In this document: in pieces, positions 23,025 to 37,061 of the stretch
How the letters are laid out: each line of letters starts with the position of its first letter
Position numbering within the stretch: position 1 is the first letter of the stretch
Source of the DNA: Macrostomum lignano
Taxonomy: Eukaryota
Direction: 5' to 3'
Assembly: GCA_002269645.1 (NCBI GenBank)
Contig: NIVC01001150.1
Coordinates: 198,422-262,421 of the forward strand
DNA: 64,000 nucleotides
Translations under genes and position numbers: made by a program
Notes under the pieces: model-generated
Told to the model about the DNA's origin: nothing
What the model saw: only the letters and a program-made list of their open reading frames with translations
Databases searched by the model: none

Positions 23025-26000
23025 CACACACAAACAAATGAACCACACAAACAAATGAACCACACAAACAAATGAACCACACAAACAAATGAACCACACA
23101 AACAAATGAACCACACAAACAAATGAACAAAACAAACAAACGAACCAAACAAACAAATGAACAAAACAAACAAACGAACCACACAAACAAATGAATCACA
23201 CAAACAAATGAATCAAACAAACAAATGAACAAAACAAACAAATGAACCACACAAACAAATGAACCACACAAACAAATGAACCACACAAACAAATGAACCA
23301 CACAAACAAATGAACCACACAAACAAATGAACCACACAAACAAATGAACAAAACAAACAAACGAACCAAACAAACAAATGAACAAAACAAACAAACGAAC
23401 CACACAAACAAATGAATCACACAAACAAATGAATCAAACAAACAAATGAACAAAACAAACAAATGAACCACACAAACAAATGAACCACACAAACAAATGA
23501 ACCACACAAACAAATGAACCACACAAACAAATGAACAAAACAAACAAACGAACCAAACAAACAAATGAACAAAACAAACAAACGAACCACACAAACAAAT
23601 GAATCACACAAACAAATGAATCAAACAAACAAATGAACAAAACAAACAAATGAACCACACAAACAAATGAACCACACAAACAAATGAACCACACAAACAA
23701 ATGAACCACACAAACAAATGAACAAAACAAACAAACGAACCAAACAAACAAATGAACAAAACAAACAAACGAACCACACAAACAAATGAATCACACAAAC
23801 AAATGAATCAAACAAACAAATGAACAAAACAAACAAATGAACCACACAAACAAATGAACCACACAAACAAATGAACCACACAAACAAATGAACAAAACAA
23901 ACAAACGAACCAAACAAACAAATGAACAAAACAAACAAACGAACCACACAAACAAATGAATCACACAAACAAATGAATCAAACAAACAAATGAACAAAAC
24001 AAACAAATGAACCACACAAACAAATGAACCACACAAACAAATAAACCACACAAACAAATGAACCACACAAACAAACGAACCACACAAACAAATGAACTAA
24101 ACAAACAAATGAACTAAACAAACAAACGAACCACACAAACAAATGAATCACACAAACAAATGAACCACAAAAACAAATGAACCACACAAACAAATGAACC
24201 ACACAAACAAATGAATCACACAAACAAATGAACCACACAAACAAATGAACCACACAAACAAATGAATCACACAAACAAATGAACCACACAAACAAATGAA
24301 CCACACAAACAAATGAACCACACAAACAAATGAACAAAACAAACAAACGAACCAAACAAACAAATGAACAAAACAAACAAACGAACCACACAAACAAATG
24401 AATCACACAAACAAATGAATCAAACAAACAAATGAACAAAACAAACAAATGAACCACACAAACAAATGAACCACACAAACAAATGAACCACACAAACAAA
24501 CGAACCACACAAACAAATGAACTAAACAAACAAATGAACTAAACAAACAAACGAACCACACAAACAAATGAATCACACAAACAAATGAACCACACAAACA
24601 AATGAACCACACAAACAAATGAACCACACAAACAAATGAATCACACAAACAAATGAACCACACAAACAAATGAACCACACAAACAAATGAACAAAACAAA
24701 CAAACGAACCAAACAAACAAATGAACAAAACAAACAAACGAACCACACAAACAAATGAATCACACAAACAAATGAATCAAACAAACAAATGAACAAAACA
24801 AACAAATGAACCACACAAACAAATGAACCACACAAACAAATGAACCACACAAACAAATGAACCACACAAACAAATGAACAAAACAAACAAACGAACCAAA
24901 CAAACAAATGAACAAAACAAACAAACGAACCACACAAACAAATGAATCACACAAACAAATGAATCAAACAAACAAATGAACAAAACAAACAAATGAACCA
25001 CACAAACAAATGAACCACACAAACAAATGAACAAAACAAACAAACGAACCAAACAAACAAATGAACAAAACAAACAAACGAACCACACAAACAAATGAAT
25101 CACACAAACAAATGAATCAAACAAACAAATGAACAAAACAAACAAATGAACCACACAAACAAATGAACCACACAAACAAATAAACCACACAAACAAATGA
25201 ACCACACAAACAAACGAACCACACAAACAAATGAACTAAACAAACAAATGAACTAAACAAACAAACGAACCACACAAACAAATGAATCACACAAACAAAT
25301 GAACCACACAAACAAATGAACCACACAAACAAATGAACCACACAAACAAATGAACCACACAAACAAATGAATCACACAAACAAATGAACCACACAAACAA
25401 ATGAACCACACAAACAAATGAATCACACAAACAAATGAACCACACAAACAAATGAACCACACAAACAAATGAACCACACAAACAAATGAACAAAACAAAC
25501 AAACGAACCAAACAAACAAATGAACAAAACAAACAAACGAACCACACAAACAAATGAATCACACAAACAAATGAATCAAACAAACAAATGAACAAAACAA
25601 ACAAATGAACCACACAAACAAATGAACCACACAAACAAATAAACCACACAAACAAATGAACCACACAAACAAACGAACCACACAAACAAATGAACTAAAC
25701 AAACAAATGAACTAAACAAACAAACGAACCACACAAACAAATGAATCACACAAACAAATGAACCACACAAACAAATGAACCACACAAACAAATGAACCAC
25801 ACAAACAAATGAATCACACAAACAAATGAACCACACAAACAAATGAACCACACAAACAAATGAACAAAACAAACAAATGAACCACACAAATGAACCACAC
25901 AAACAAATGAACCACACAAACAAATGAACAAAACAAACAAACGAACAAAACAAACAAATGAACCACACAAACAAATGAACCACACAAACAAATGAACCAC

Positions 26001-27420
26001 ACAAACAAATGAACAAAACAAACAAACGAACCAAACAAACAAATGAACAAAACAAACAAACGAACCACACAAACAAATGAATCACACAAACAAATGAATC
26101 AAACAAACAAATGAACAAAACAAACAAATGAACCACACAAACAAATGAACCACACAAACAAATGAACCACACAAACAAATGAACCACACAAACAAATGAA
26201 CAAAACAAACAAACGAACCAAACAAACAAATGAACAAAACAAACAAACGAACCACACAAACAAATGAATCACACAAACAAATGAACCACACAAACAAATG
26301 AACCACACAAACAAATGAACCACACAAACAAATGAATCACACAAACAAATGAACCACACAAACAAATGAACCACACAAACAAATGAACCACACAAACAAA
26401 TGAACAAAACAAACAAACGAACCAAACAAACAAATGAACAAAACAAACAAACGAACCACACAAACAAATGAATCACACAAACAAATGAATCAAACAAACA
26501 AATGAACAAAACAAACAAATGAACCACACAAACAAATGAACCACACAAACAAATAAACCACACAAACAAATGAACCACACAAACAAACGAACCACACAAA
26601 CAAATGAACTAAACAAACAAATGAACTAAACAAACAAACGAACCACACAAACAAATGAATCACACAAACAAATGAACCACACAAACAAATGAACCACACA
26701 AACAAATGAACCACACAAACAAATGAATCACACAAACAAATGAACCACACAAACAAATGAACCACACAAACAAATGAACAAAACAAACAAATGAACCACA
26801 CAAACAAATGAACCACACAAACAAATGAACCACACAAACAAATGAACCACACAAACAAATGAATCACACAAACAAATGAACCAAACAAACAAACGAATCA
26901 CACAAACAAATGAACCACACAAACAAATGAATCACACAAACAAATGAACCACACAAACAAATGAACCAAACAAACAAATGAACTAAACAAACAAATGAAC
27001 CACACAAACAAATGAACTAAACAAACAAATGAACCACACAAACAAATGAACTAAACAAACAAATGAACCACACAAACAAATGAACCAAACAAACAAATGA
27101 ATCACACAAACAAATGAACCACACAAACAAATGAACCACACAAACAAATGAACCACACAAACAAATGAATCACACAAACAAATGAACCACACAAACAAAT
27201 GAACTAAACAAACAAATGAACCACACAAACAAATTAACCAAACAAACAAATTAACCAAACAAACAAATGAACCACGCAAACAAATGAACCACGCAAACAA
27301 ATGAACCACACAAACAAATGAATCACACAAACAAATGAACCACACAAACAAATGAATCACACAAACAAATAAACCACACAAACAAATGAACCCCACAAAC
27401 AAATGAACCAAACAAACAAA
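23025..27420. repeat. ~4.4-kb satellite, 17-bp unit CCACACAAACAAATGAA with variant units in higher-order blocks
   Basis: Tandem units with an almost purely A/C top strand. Recurring variant blocks. Confidence 0.97.
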
Positions 27421-27862
27421 ACACACTAAAGACTCGCAAGCAGCCCATTAAGCTGAATTAAACCGCACAAAGCAATTTTGGAAATTTCATAGCGGTCGTG
27501 GAGACATACCAGTACAAAAAGAATAAACGGATTTGTACAAGCAGGAAACAAATCAAACTGAACGCACACTAACGAGAATCGAGAAGACAGTGGAAGATTT
27601 TTACATAACAGAAAGTGAGTTTGAATACAAAAAATCACCAACCACCTACTATAAGTAGCGAATCGAAGGAATCATTGAAATATTTATACTAAGGCAGCAA
27701 AGTGCATTATGAATTCAGCTAAAGCTGGTGCACAAACGGCACAGGCGTGGCAGCTCAAGGACTAGACTGAGGGCTCGGGCTGGAATGGCGGAGGCTGAGA
27801 ATGGGGTTGGCGAGCCAACCTGAAGGTCAGTCAATTAGCAGGAAGCCAAAGCATAATCAGCG

Positions 27863-30153
27863 TCAGGCTGTGGGGCCGGCAGACTTTGCCTCCTGCAGCT
27901 CCTTGGCCAGGTGCTGCACAGCCTCCTCAAGGTGAATGTTCCTCATGAGCAGCTCCTCCAGCATGTCCCGGAGGTTCTTGTTCATGTCCCGATAGTCGCT
28001 GGCCTGCTGCGGCTTCGTCAGCTCCGACAGCTTGGCGGAGAACCGCGCCGACAGCTGCGAGGCCGCGGTCGCCGCCGAGCCGCTGCTGTTGCCGCCTCCG
28101 CGGTTGGTTGCGTGGGCGGGGGAGGCGGTCTGGGAGGCTGGAGCGGGCCGGCCTGTCTGCAGGTAGCGGTCGATGAGGCTGCTCTTCTGAAGCAGGTCCT
28201 CGGCCATGGCGGAGTTCGCCGTCTCCAGCAGCTCCACCTGGTCCCGCAGCTGCGAGTTGTGCGCCTGGAGCCGCGTCAGCCGGTCGATGAGGTCGCGCAA
28301 GTCGCGCTGGTCCTGCTCGGACTCCGGCGCGCCGCCGCTGCCGCCGCCCGCGTCCAGGCAGCTGCCGCTGTTCCACGACAGGTTGGAGGCCTTGTCGTCC
28401 GGGCTGGCCTGGCTGGCGCGCTGAGGGCGGGCGGCAAATGCATTGACTTGGGGCTCGAGCTCGCGGCTCAATTCTGCTAATCTTCAGTTGGCGATCGCAT
28501 ATGGTCTCACTCCAGTTCAAGATTACCAGAATCAGGATTACCAGAATCGGAATTACCAGAATCAGGATTACCAGAATCAGGATTACGAGAATAAGGATTA
28601 CCAGAATCAGATTAACCAGAATCAGATTAACCAGAATCAGGATTACCAGAATCAGATTAACCAGAATCAGATTAACCAGAATCAGATTAACCAGAATCAG
28701 ATTAACCAGAATGGATTACCAGAACCAGATTTACCAAAACGAGGATTACAAAATCAGAGGTTTCTCTATCTACAAATAAAAGTTTGTAGGCGCGGCCGTC
28801 CAGACTTACATTCAGCAGTCCCTGGTCATCTGGCTGCTGCCCAGCCAAGGAATCGCGGAGTTTCTCCTGAAGGCGAGCGCAGCGGCGCTTCTCGGCGGCC
28901 AGCTGCTTGCGCAGGTCGCGGACGTGCAGCTCCACCTTCCGCTCGGCCAGGCGCACATCCTGCTGGCTGTCCTGCAGCTGCTGCCGGAGCTCCGAAACTT
29001 CGCTGCGGGCCGCCTCCGCGTCCGATCGGGCGGTCTCAAGCTCAGCACTCAGGCTCCGCTGCGCAGCCCGCAGCTCCTCCGCCTCCGCGCTGGCCCGCTC
29101 GGCCGCCTCCGCTGCCCGCGCCTCCGCCTCCGCAGCCGCTTCGGCCAGCTGCTGCTGCCGCCGCTCCTCCTCAGCCACTAGCCGCGTCTCCGCCTCGGCC
29201 AGCCGGTCCTGCAGGTCCCGCTCGGCCTCCGCTGCTTCGGCGCGCAGTCGGCGCTCGAGCTCGCCCAGCGCCAGGTCCGCCTCGCGCCGCTGCCGCTCCA
29301 GCCGGCGCTCCGTGGCCTCGGCCATCTTGGCCAGTGCGGCCCCGTTCGACGCCCGCTCCGCCTCTACCGCCGCCTCCGCCTGCTGATTGGCCCGGCGCAG
29401 CTCGTCAGTGGCCAGCTGGAACTCGCCGATCTGGTTCAGCAGCTCCTTCTTGGCCGCCTGCAGAGCCGTCCGTTCTTCCTCCGACGCAGAAAGCTGCAGC
29501 TGCAGGGCCGACTTCTCCTCGCACAGCTTCGTCACTTCGGCCTGATGAATAATAAAAATGGGCCAGATGGGGATTTAGATTCTAGACTGGCATTAGCCAC
29601 CGACTAGACTGGCATTAGCCACCGACTTCACGCCTGCTACAGCACGGCTCACCTGCAGGATGGCCACCTTCTGGTCCAGATAGTCCTCAGATCTCTGCAG
29701 CGCGGGCTCTGCTGCATCCGCTGCCGAATCTGCCGTGTCGCCAGCGTCAGCCACATCGACGGAATCGGCGGCGCCGTCTGCAGGTGCGACGCGCCGACTG
29801 GCAGCCTTGTAGGTCTCCAGCTGGCTCTGCAGGCGCTCATTCTCGGACAGCACGCTGCTGTACTCGGTCATGAGGGTGGCGTACTGCAGCTTGAAGTCGT
29901 CCTCAGCGTTTTGCACCTTCACTCGCAGCTTCTCGTTGTCCGCCATCAGCTGCTCGAGTTCCCGGGCGCGCCGGCTCCGTGCCAGCAGGTCCGCAGCTCG
30001 GGCCGCGTCCCGCTCCAGGTCAGCTGAGCGAGCCCGCTGGTCCAGCAGCTCCTGCTTGAGCTTCAGGCCGTCCTCGCGCGACTGGTATAGAGCGGACTTC
30101 GCGTCCACCAGCTGTTGCTGGAGGCTCTGGAAGTCCGCATCGGACAGCGCCAT
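27863..30153 (-). CDS. GRIPAP1: GRIP1-associated protein 1 (GRASP-1) homolog, coiled-coil, about 596 aa. Exons 30153-29653, 29541-28810, 28420-27863
   Basis: N-terminus MALSDADFQSLQQQL...AEDDFKLQYATLMTEYS and C-terminus SAMAEDLLQKSSLI...RDMNKNLRDMLEELLMRNIHL match recalled GRIPAP1 termini. GT-AG junctions, all phase 0. The exon-3 acceptor is the least certain. Confidence 0.85.
28521..28735. repeat. 15-bp minisatellite (CCAGAATCAGATTAA / CCAGAATCAGGATTA) in GRIPAP1 intron 2
   Basis: Tandem units read directly. Confidence 0.9.
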
Positions 30154-32748
30154 GCAGCAACGAGGTGAAGGCATTTGGCCCATTAGGTCCAAGTGGTTTG
30201 CCATCAACTGGGTCTGGTCTATGCAATGAAGAGCTAGAAGCCTTTGAGCCATGAGCGCCCTTAACTAGGATTGGCTTCATTTCACATAGCATAGCTATCA
30301 AGGCTCAAGATTTAGGATGTAGCTGTTGTTTCAAGAGAAGAACATCCTTGTTCTCATGCTCTAACATTTGGGCATTGGCAATTGGGACATTTTTATAGTT
30401 TACTGATATAGTATATTAACAGATATACTAATATAGTTAACAGTTAACTGGTAAGAGTCAGTAAGCAATTTAGCTATAAGAATTTTTAAGGGCCATTATA
30501 TTCATTTGCATCGATATAGATAAATGAATTTAAATACTAATTGAACTATAACTCTTAAATATTATTAATTACTATCGTTGAGTAATAGCTTTATATTGGT
30601 GATACTTGAATATGTATTAGGATATTTCTATACTTTTAGGTCAAATGCTGAGTTTGTTAATAATGAACTATTATATATATAGGAATATATCAAAAACCAA
30701 ATTAGGTACATAACTCTTTATTTTGATAACTCTTACTATTGCAATATTATTGATTTTTTAAGCTATATAGTATTAATTAAATTAAACCTAGAAGGCTAAA
30801 ATAAAATATTTCAAATTATATAAGCTAGTACTATTTAGGCAAAAGTAGCAAATTGCTCAAATAAAACATTGGACCTATTCAAAGTCAGCATACATGGGCA
30901 ATAATAATAGACTAGTAATAATAGACTAGGCAGGAGTAATATAATAGAAATAGTAGGCCTAATAATATCAATGCTTAATAGCTAATTAAATTATTATTCC
31001 CAAGCTTAAACCTTTAAACTTCATTTAGAACCTTTAACCCTATAGTGCCACCTATTTTTCATTACTTTCTTTGCTTGTTCTAGTATAAATCTGCTTTGTA
31101 AATTTTAGTAGCTAATATATATTAATGGCTAAACTAATTAGCAAGCTATTTATCTCTAAAAGCTTGGCTTCTTAACTTATCAAAGTCATCTCAACAGTTT
31201 TTATTTTTATAAAATAGTGTATTCTTCTTTGCTATTGAACTGAAAGTAGAAAGCTATTTTACTAAATATATATGACTGAATAGCACAATCTAGGCCTAGT
31301 TCCACCAGTGAACAAGCTGAGCCCAGGGTCGCCGAAGGCGGCGTCAGGCGAGAGCAAGAGAACCCAAGGCCCCACCAAGGGCCAAGGGCGAGTAAATAAT
31401 TTCTACCCATGGTGGCCGAAGGCTGACATGGGCTAGAAAGTATTTACAAGTAAATAAGTTAGACTCACATGCATTTTTAAATTTCACATTTTTTCGCTAA
31501 AAAATGTTCTTGTTTTGCAACCACTGCACCGATTGAGTTGAGTGAGGTATTGATCGATAGAAAACTTTTAGATCTATCGAATAAATATACTTTTAAGTGC
31601 AGAGGTTTTATTACTAAGCCGTAAATTAACTAGAGAGACGATTTTTTCAAAAGTGCTTCTGGGAGATCTCAAAATTCTGGTACACCTTACGAGATACGGT
31701 TTCGACATCAACATCTAAGGATCAAAGTTGTAAAACTAAATTTCCTACAAAATGGTACATGGCACTTTAATTTATTTCGACATCTTTATTCAGTTTTGGT
31801 GGGTTTTTTGGGTAAAAAAATGACTCTCATTTTATTATTTCCCCACTTTTTCCTACGAAGCTTTTTGAGTTTCGGCTTCAAAGCAGTGCAGTTAGATGCG
31901 CAATGCAAAAATCTACAAGTGTCTAAAGTTTTGTTTTCCTACAATTCTGCAGTGCTAAGAAAATTGACAAAGATCTATTTTGAAAAAAATCACATGACTT
32001 TCACATTATTGCTCATTATAATTTTGAGAACATGGTGCGAATAATCCGACTTTGAATTTCTATAGCATAGTTGCTATACTATATTGGTTTGAATTGCCAC
32101 CATCTGATTTTGCTACTTTTGGGTTGAAAAATTGATCAGAAATCAATAATTTGTGATTTTTGGCTAATTGGGTGCCAGAAAAATGGGTGATTAATTTTTT
32201 TAAAGAATGGTAAATCAAATGCGGACACTGCAATTAGTTGTACTAATGTCTGGCTAAAATTGACCAAGTTTTTGAGTGTCTTCAACAAGTGCTCATGTGT
32301 CAAAAGTGATTGAAAATCGATCTAAGTAGTGATTATTTAATATTTTGCTTGAAATCAGGCAAAATAACGTATTAGGATGGAATTATTTTTATGACGGCTG
32401 ATTTCCCACAAAACGAGGCATATTTGTGTGCAATTTCTAGACATTCGGTTCATTGGGTAAAAAAATATCTATAAAAAACTGAAAACTTGATTTTTTACTC
32501 TTATGTTAGTTCCGGGGCTATTTAAACTTGAAATCTTAGGAATTTTGCACTGAAAACAATGCATAGTGTTCTAGACAGTTAATTTAACAAATTTCTTGAG
32601 TTTTACAATGATTCGATGATTTTTTACAGGTAAAAAATGCCTTTTTGCATCGAAATTCATCACATTAAGCTGCATACCACTTTGCATAATCTGCATTTGC
32701 ATGCAATTGCTTGCATGGCTTTGGCATTAGGCTAAGTTAAGCTGGTTA

Positions 32749-32788
32749 GAAAGGAAAGGAAAGGAAAGGAAAGGAAAGGAAAGGAAAG
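32749..32788. repeat. (GAAAG)n microsatellite
   Basis: About 8 perfect copies. Confidence 0.9.
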
Positions 32789-35771
32789 AATAATCGTACA
32801 TACAATGTACACACCCGTCCCTTCCAAGTGGGGTTGTGGCAACGCGAGAGGGCTTGGCGGCTTGGTTTGGAGGGCGTGTAATAGAGCTTCATTTGACTTG
32901 CACACAGACCAAGGGAAATTAGATCAATAAATGGGCATCACGTGATTAAAATTTCGTATTAAATTTAGCACATTTGAATTGCAAGCCCAGTACAAAGTTT
33001 GTCGGGCACAAGATCCAAGTCACTACGTATACAATCCTCCCCCTAACTAAAAAGTCAGGCGATACGGCTTCTGAAGTAGGTATATACAGTGTTTTAGAAA
33101 GACTTTATTTATAGCTTTCTTTGCAACTCCATTGGAGAATGAAGAGCCTTAGGGTAACTTAAGTGTACTATCTGATTGAGTTGAGAGTACGAGGTTTACG
33201 TTTATGTCCCACAAAACTAGCTTGACTTTCCAAGCACTTAAGCTGATGCTAAGCGGAGCATACGCCGAAACAACCAGCTTAATGAGTTAGTATATAACCC
33301 TGCTACGCTCTGTAGACTTTAGTCATTAGGAATTTTTTATATAGAGGCCTTCTAGAGCCTATTATAGAAGATTCTATTCCAGCTCATGGCTGCAGGTCAG
33401 ATGCGAGAGAAAGAGAATAGAGAAGAGATAAGACTAAAGAGAAGATAAGAGATAAGACGAGAGCTAGAAGCGAGAGGAGAGGAGAGGGGAGACTAGAGAG
33501 AGATTAGAGTGGAGAGAAACAGAACAGACAAAGAGAGAAAATGGGAGAAGTAGAGATTTACATTTTTATTGAGCTTCTCAAAGTTCTTTTTCATCGGTAC
33601 AAAACTAGGTTTATCAAGTAGTATGAAGACCCACATCTAAAAAGAAGCCCGTTCACTAGTGGCAAAAAGACGTGTGCGTCTTTATACTACTTGTCTTAGA
33701 TCTTGGGTTTTTGCCAGAACTAAGTACAAAATTGCATCTTGTGCCAAATTTCAAGATGCAATTTTATGGCTTAGAGTGCAATTTCTCTTATTAAATGAGT
33801 CTTGAGCCTTAAAAAGAAAAATAGGTTAGGCCCTATCAGACTACACTTAAACTGCACCCAATTTTTCTATTTTAAGGTATGATTGTAGTTTCAAAATTAA
33901 GGTTGTAGACACACACTTGTGACACTGTATATACAAAAAACCTAGCTTAGACCTTCTAATTTGGCATATAATTGTGTAAAAGTAAGTTAGTTTTTTCAAC
34001 TTTACTTTGTATTTAGTTTTCAGCTTGAAGTAAAAAAGCAATCAGACTAAAGATATATAGTCAATGATAGAAATTAGGCCTATGGTAGTCCTATGACATT
34101 GCCATGGCACACACTCAGTAATACAATATAGATTTTGAGCCAGGCATGCATTGCCATGCCATAATAAAGTTTAAATCCTGCAAATACTGTCACATTTTAA
34201 GTATATTACTGTCAGGGAGCATTAAATTCATGTTATAAATAATATGAAATTTATCAATTTATAAAAACCTTAGGTAAGTCTATATATGGTAATTAGGGCA
34301 CTAGGCTTAGCCTTAGTGCAGTGCAGTTTCGTTGTTTTTTGTAAAACAATTTCTTGATTAATATTAACTGAATGTGAAAAAATTGGCTCCATTTTATTAA
34401 TCAGACTCATTTTATTTTATACCACTCAAGCCTCAAGGTGGCTTTGCACAAAAATTTTCAGGTTGGGTAAGGGTTTTAGTTTACTTATTTTCGCGGGTAG
34501 GGCTTATAGTCCTTGCCTTGTGTTACCTTGCCTTACCTTGTCAGTTAGGCCTTACCTTGTCAGTCAGTCACCTGCCTCGATCTCTTACCTTGTTGTTTCT
34601 TAGAAAACAAAAGTACGTTTAAATTCAGTGTTGTTTTCATAATTAGTTTTTCGGTGTAAGCGAATTAGCTGATAAATACGTTTTCTAATGCAGGAAACTT
34701 TTCTTACTAAATAGCGCTTCAAAAAAGTACAATGTTATTTTCATTTTTACTTTGTACTTTGTTCAGCATTCGCACATGTTTTAAACATCTAATTAACAGG
34801 TAAAACCCCAAAAGATAAACGCAAAGCAAGTAGCACAAAAGAGCGGTAAACTCGGTCCAGAAAGGTGAAGCGAACCCCCTTAAGCGACGAAGTCTATTAT
34901 TTTTTATGATGTAAAACAGAAAGATATATTTCGCTAAAAATTATGCCGGGTGCCGACTCAGCGGCCGCGAACGCGAGACTATAATAGCACACAGTGGAAG
35001 GGGGAGGCGGCCCTAAGCCCCGGACGCACACACAGAGCACCCGCACCTACCTAAACAACCCCCTAACGAGGCCAGGCCGGCGCGGGGAGGTTTAAAACCA
35101 GTTAAAGTCAGTCACCTGCCTTAAACTGACGTATAAATTTAAATTGCGCTAACTATTAATCCAATTTCAATAGCTTTTTAGCGCGATAATTTAATTTTGA
35201 ATTGAACGGAATAATATTATCTATGTGACTATTTATATTACTTAAGCTCCTTTCAATTCAATTCTTTATTTTTCGTTTATCTGCATCATGGACTTCAGAT
35301 TGTTCATGTTATTGTTATCTTACAAAAAGTGATGTACAATAATCTTTTTCATTAGCCAATTACTGATTCACTGTATTGTTTGGTGCAGACCACGAGTGCC
35401 ATGCAGCCGCAGGGAGAGTTCTGGTATTCTGTCCACTCATGTATGTATATAGTTTGAGGCAGCCCAGTATAACATCTAGCGCTAAAAAGTTTCCGACACC
35501 CCTAATCACGCCAAATCTTAGGCGACCTAGTGCAATACACCAATCGATGAAGAAAATTATGGACACTCAGTTTACACACTATATCACTGCATCTGTTAAA
35601 CGTATGTAATTAATTATACACCGGTGCATCTTAAATTATAGTATGTATAATATCGGTGCTCTGTATATCGTAAAAATGAAACGAAAATTTTAGTAGATTG
35701 GATTATATGTCAGTTCATAAGTCCTATAGTAGCAAAGTCGTCTTGTCGCAAATGGAAGACGGAAAGGATGG

Positions 35772-35992
35772 TGTAGAGAGCGAAGCCGAGAGAAAGTTAT
35801 GTGTTGTGTGTAGCCGATAAAGCCTCAATCTATTGTAGGCTCTGTGCGATTGATTTATATATTTAGCAGCGACCCTGCAGTTGAGACTGCGTACATTAAA
35901 AACAAAAAGCCAAGAATATTGGATGTACATCGGAAATGCACACCAGGACTAAAAACACTTATTATGCAAGCACTAGGCAGCAGGTGCCTACA
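35772..35992 (-). repeat. Gypsy 3' LTR
   Basis: Direct repeat of 45044-45264. Confidence 0.95.
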
Positions 35993-36108
35993 ATTCTCCC
36001 CAACCAGAGAGATCCCAGGGGATAAAAAAACGAGCTCAATTACTCAGTTACTACCAGCCCAAACCCCAAAGCAATCAAAGCGGCCCGCCCACGCACAAAA
36101 CCCTAGGA

Positions 36109-36660
36109 TCACAATTTGTAGCTGAGCACTCTGTTACGGGCAGCTCTTGGATGTTCTCGCGTGGCGATGCTACCGCTGGATAGACCGGCGGGCTGACCGG
36201 TAGGTTGGCCGTCAGGCTCTCCGGCAGGTTGGCCGGCAGGTTCGCCGGCAGGTTGGCCGGCAGGTTGGCCGGCAGGCTCTCCGGCAGGCTGGCCGGCAGG
36301 CTCTCCGGCAGGCTGGCCGGCAGGCTCTCCGGCAGGCTGGCCGGCAGGCTGGCCGGCAGGCTCTCCGACCAGGGGCCGCAGCTGCGAGACGTGGCGCATG
36401 CAGGACTGTTCGCCGCGTTGCAGGACACACGTGTCTCCCTGGACCTGCTTGACTGTCCAAGGATGTGGCTCGAACGGCAGCTGCAGTTTGTTACGTGGTT
36501 GCTTCTTTCGCAGAACTTTGTTGCCGACTCTGACGTCGTGCTCGTTGACACCCTTGCGATCATCGAAACGCGCCTTCATGTCTTGGACATAGTTTCTGTG
36601 CCAGCTCTGCACCTCTTCATGGTTAACGTCGATGAGCTGTGATGGTTTGATGGTCGGGAT
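36109..36660 (-). pseudogene. Gypsy integrase C-terminal part with PAGQ/PAGE 12-bp repeat tail, separated from the core by the copia insertion
   Basis: Continues ...GRTMNNG|IPTIKPSQ... across the copia TSD. VGNKVLRK...PFEPHPWTV is GPY/F-like. Confidence 0.85.
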
Positions 36661-36946
36661 TGTTGTTTATAGTATATAGCTCGTACTTTTAGTACTTTAT
36701 ATAGTAATTGTCAGATACATAATATTGATTAATATTGTTAATGCAAATAGCTGTGCGTATCCCTTTCTAGAAAGTTCAATAAATATTCAATACAGTATCG
36801 TACCGATATATCTATGGTTGTTAGTTCATATCGCAAATACGCTAATACTTTAAGTGCCCCCCCAAACTGCTCAATTTTTCATCTTGTGTATTTCTTTTTG
36901 TTCAAACTGATAAAATATACTTAATTAAAAGAAGCAAACTTCAACA
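36661..36946 (+). repeat. copia 5' LTR
   Basis: Identical to 41150-41435 on visual comparison. Confidence 0.97.
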
Positions 36947-37061
36947 GGTTATAGGCCCAGCCGAGGCCACTGCGAGTACTTCGATGTACTAGATCATTCT
37001 GGTAATCTGGTTGTTCGTGCCATCTGGAAACTTGATCGCTCGGTCGATCAGTTACGTTGCT

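Noticed and set aside
22983-27426. Dozens of hydrophobic 'CGSFVCVVHLFVWFICL' ORFs
   Set aside because: Frame-rotating translations of a 17-bp satellite (17 is not a multiple of 3); not membrane proteins.
28443-28779. NQDYQ/NQINQ repeat ORF
   Set aside because: 15-bp intronic minisatellite on the antisense strand of GRIPAP1.
30300-35760. Long AT-rich tract with short ORFs (also 10500-14450)
   Set aside because: No supportable coding or TE signature by eye; possibly decayed DNA-transposon ends, but no termini could be defined.
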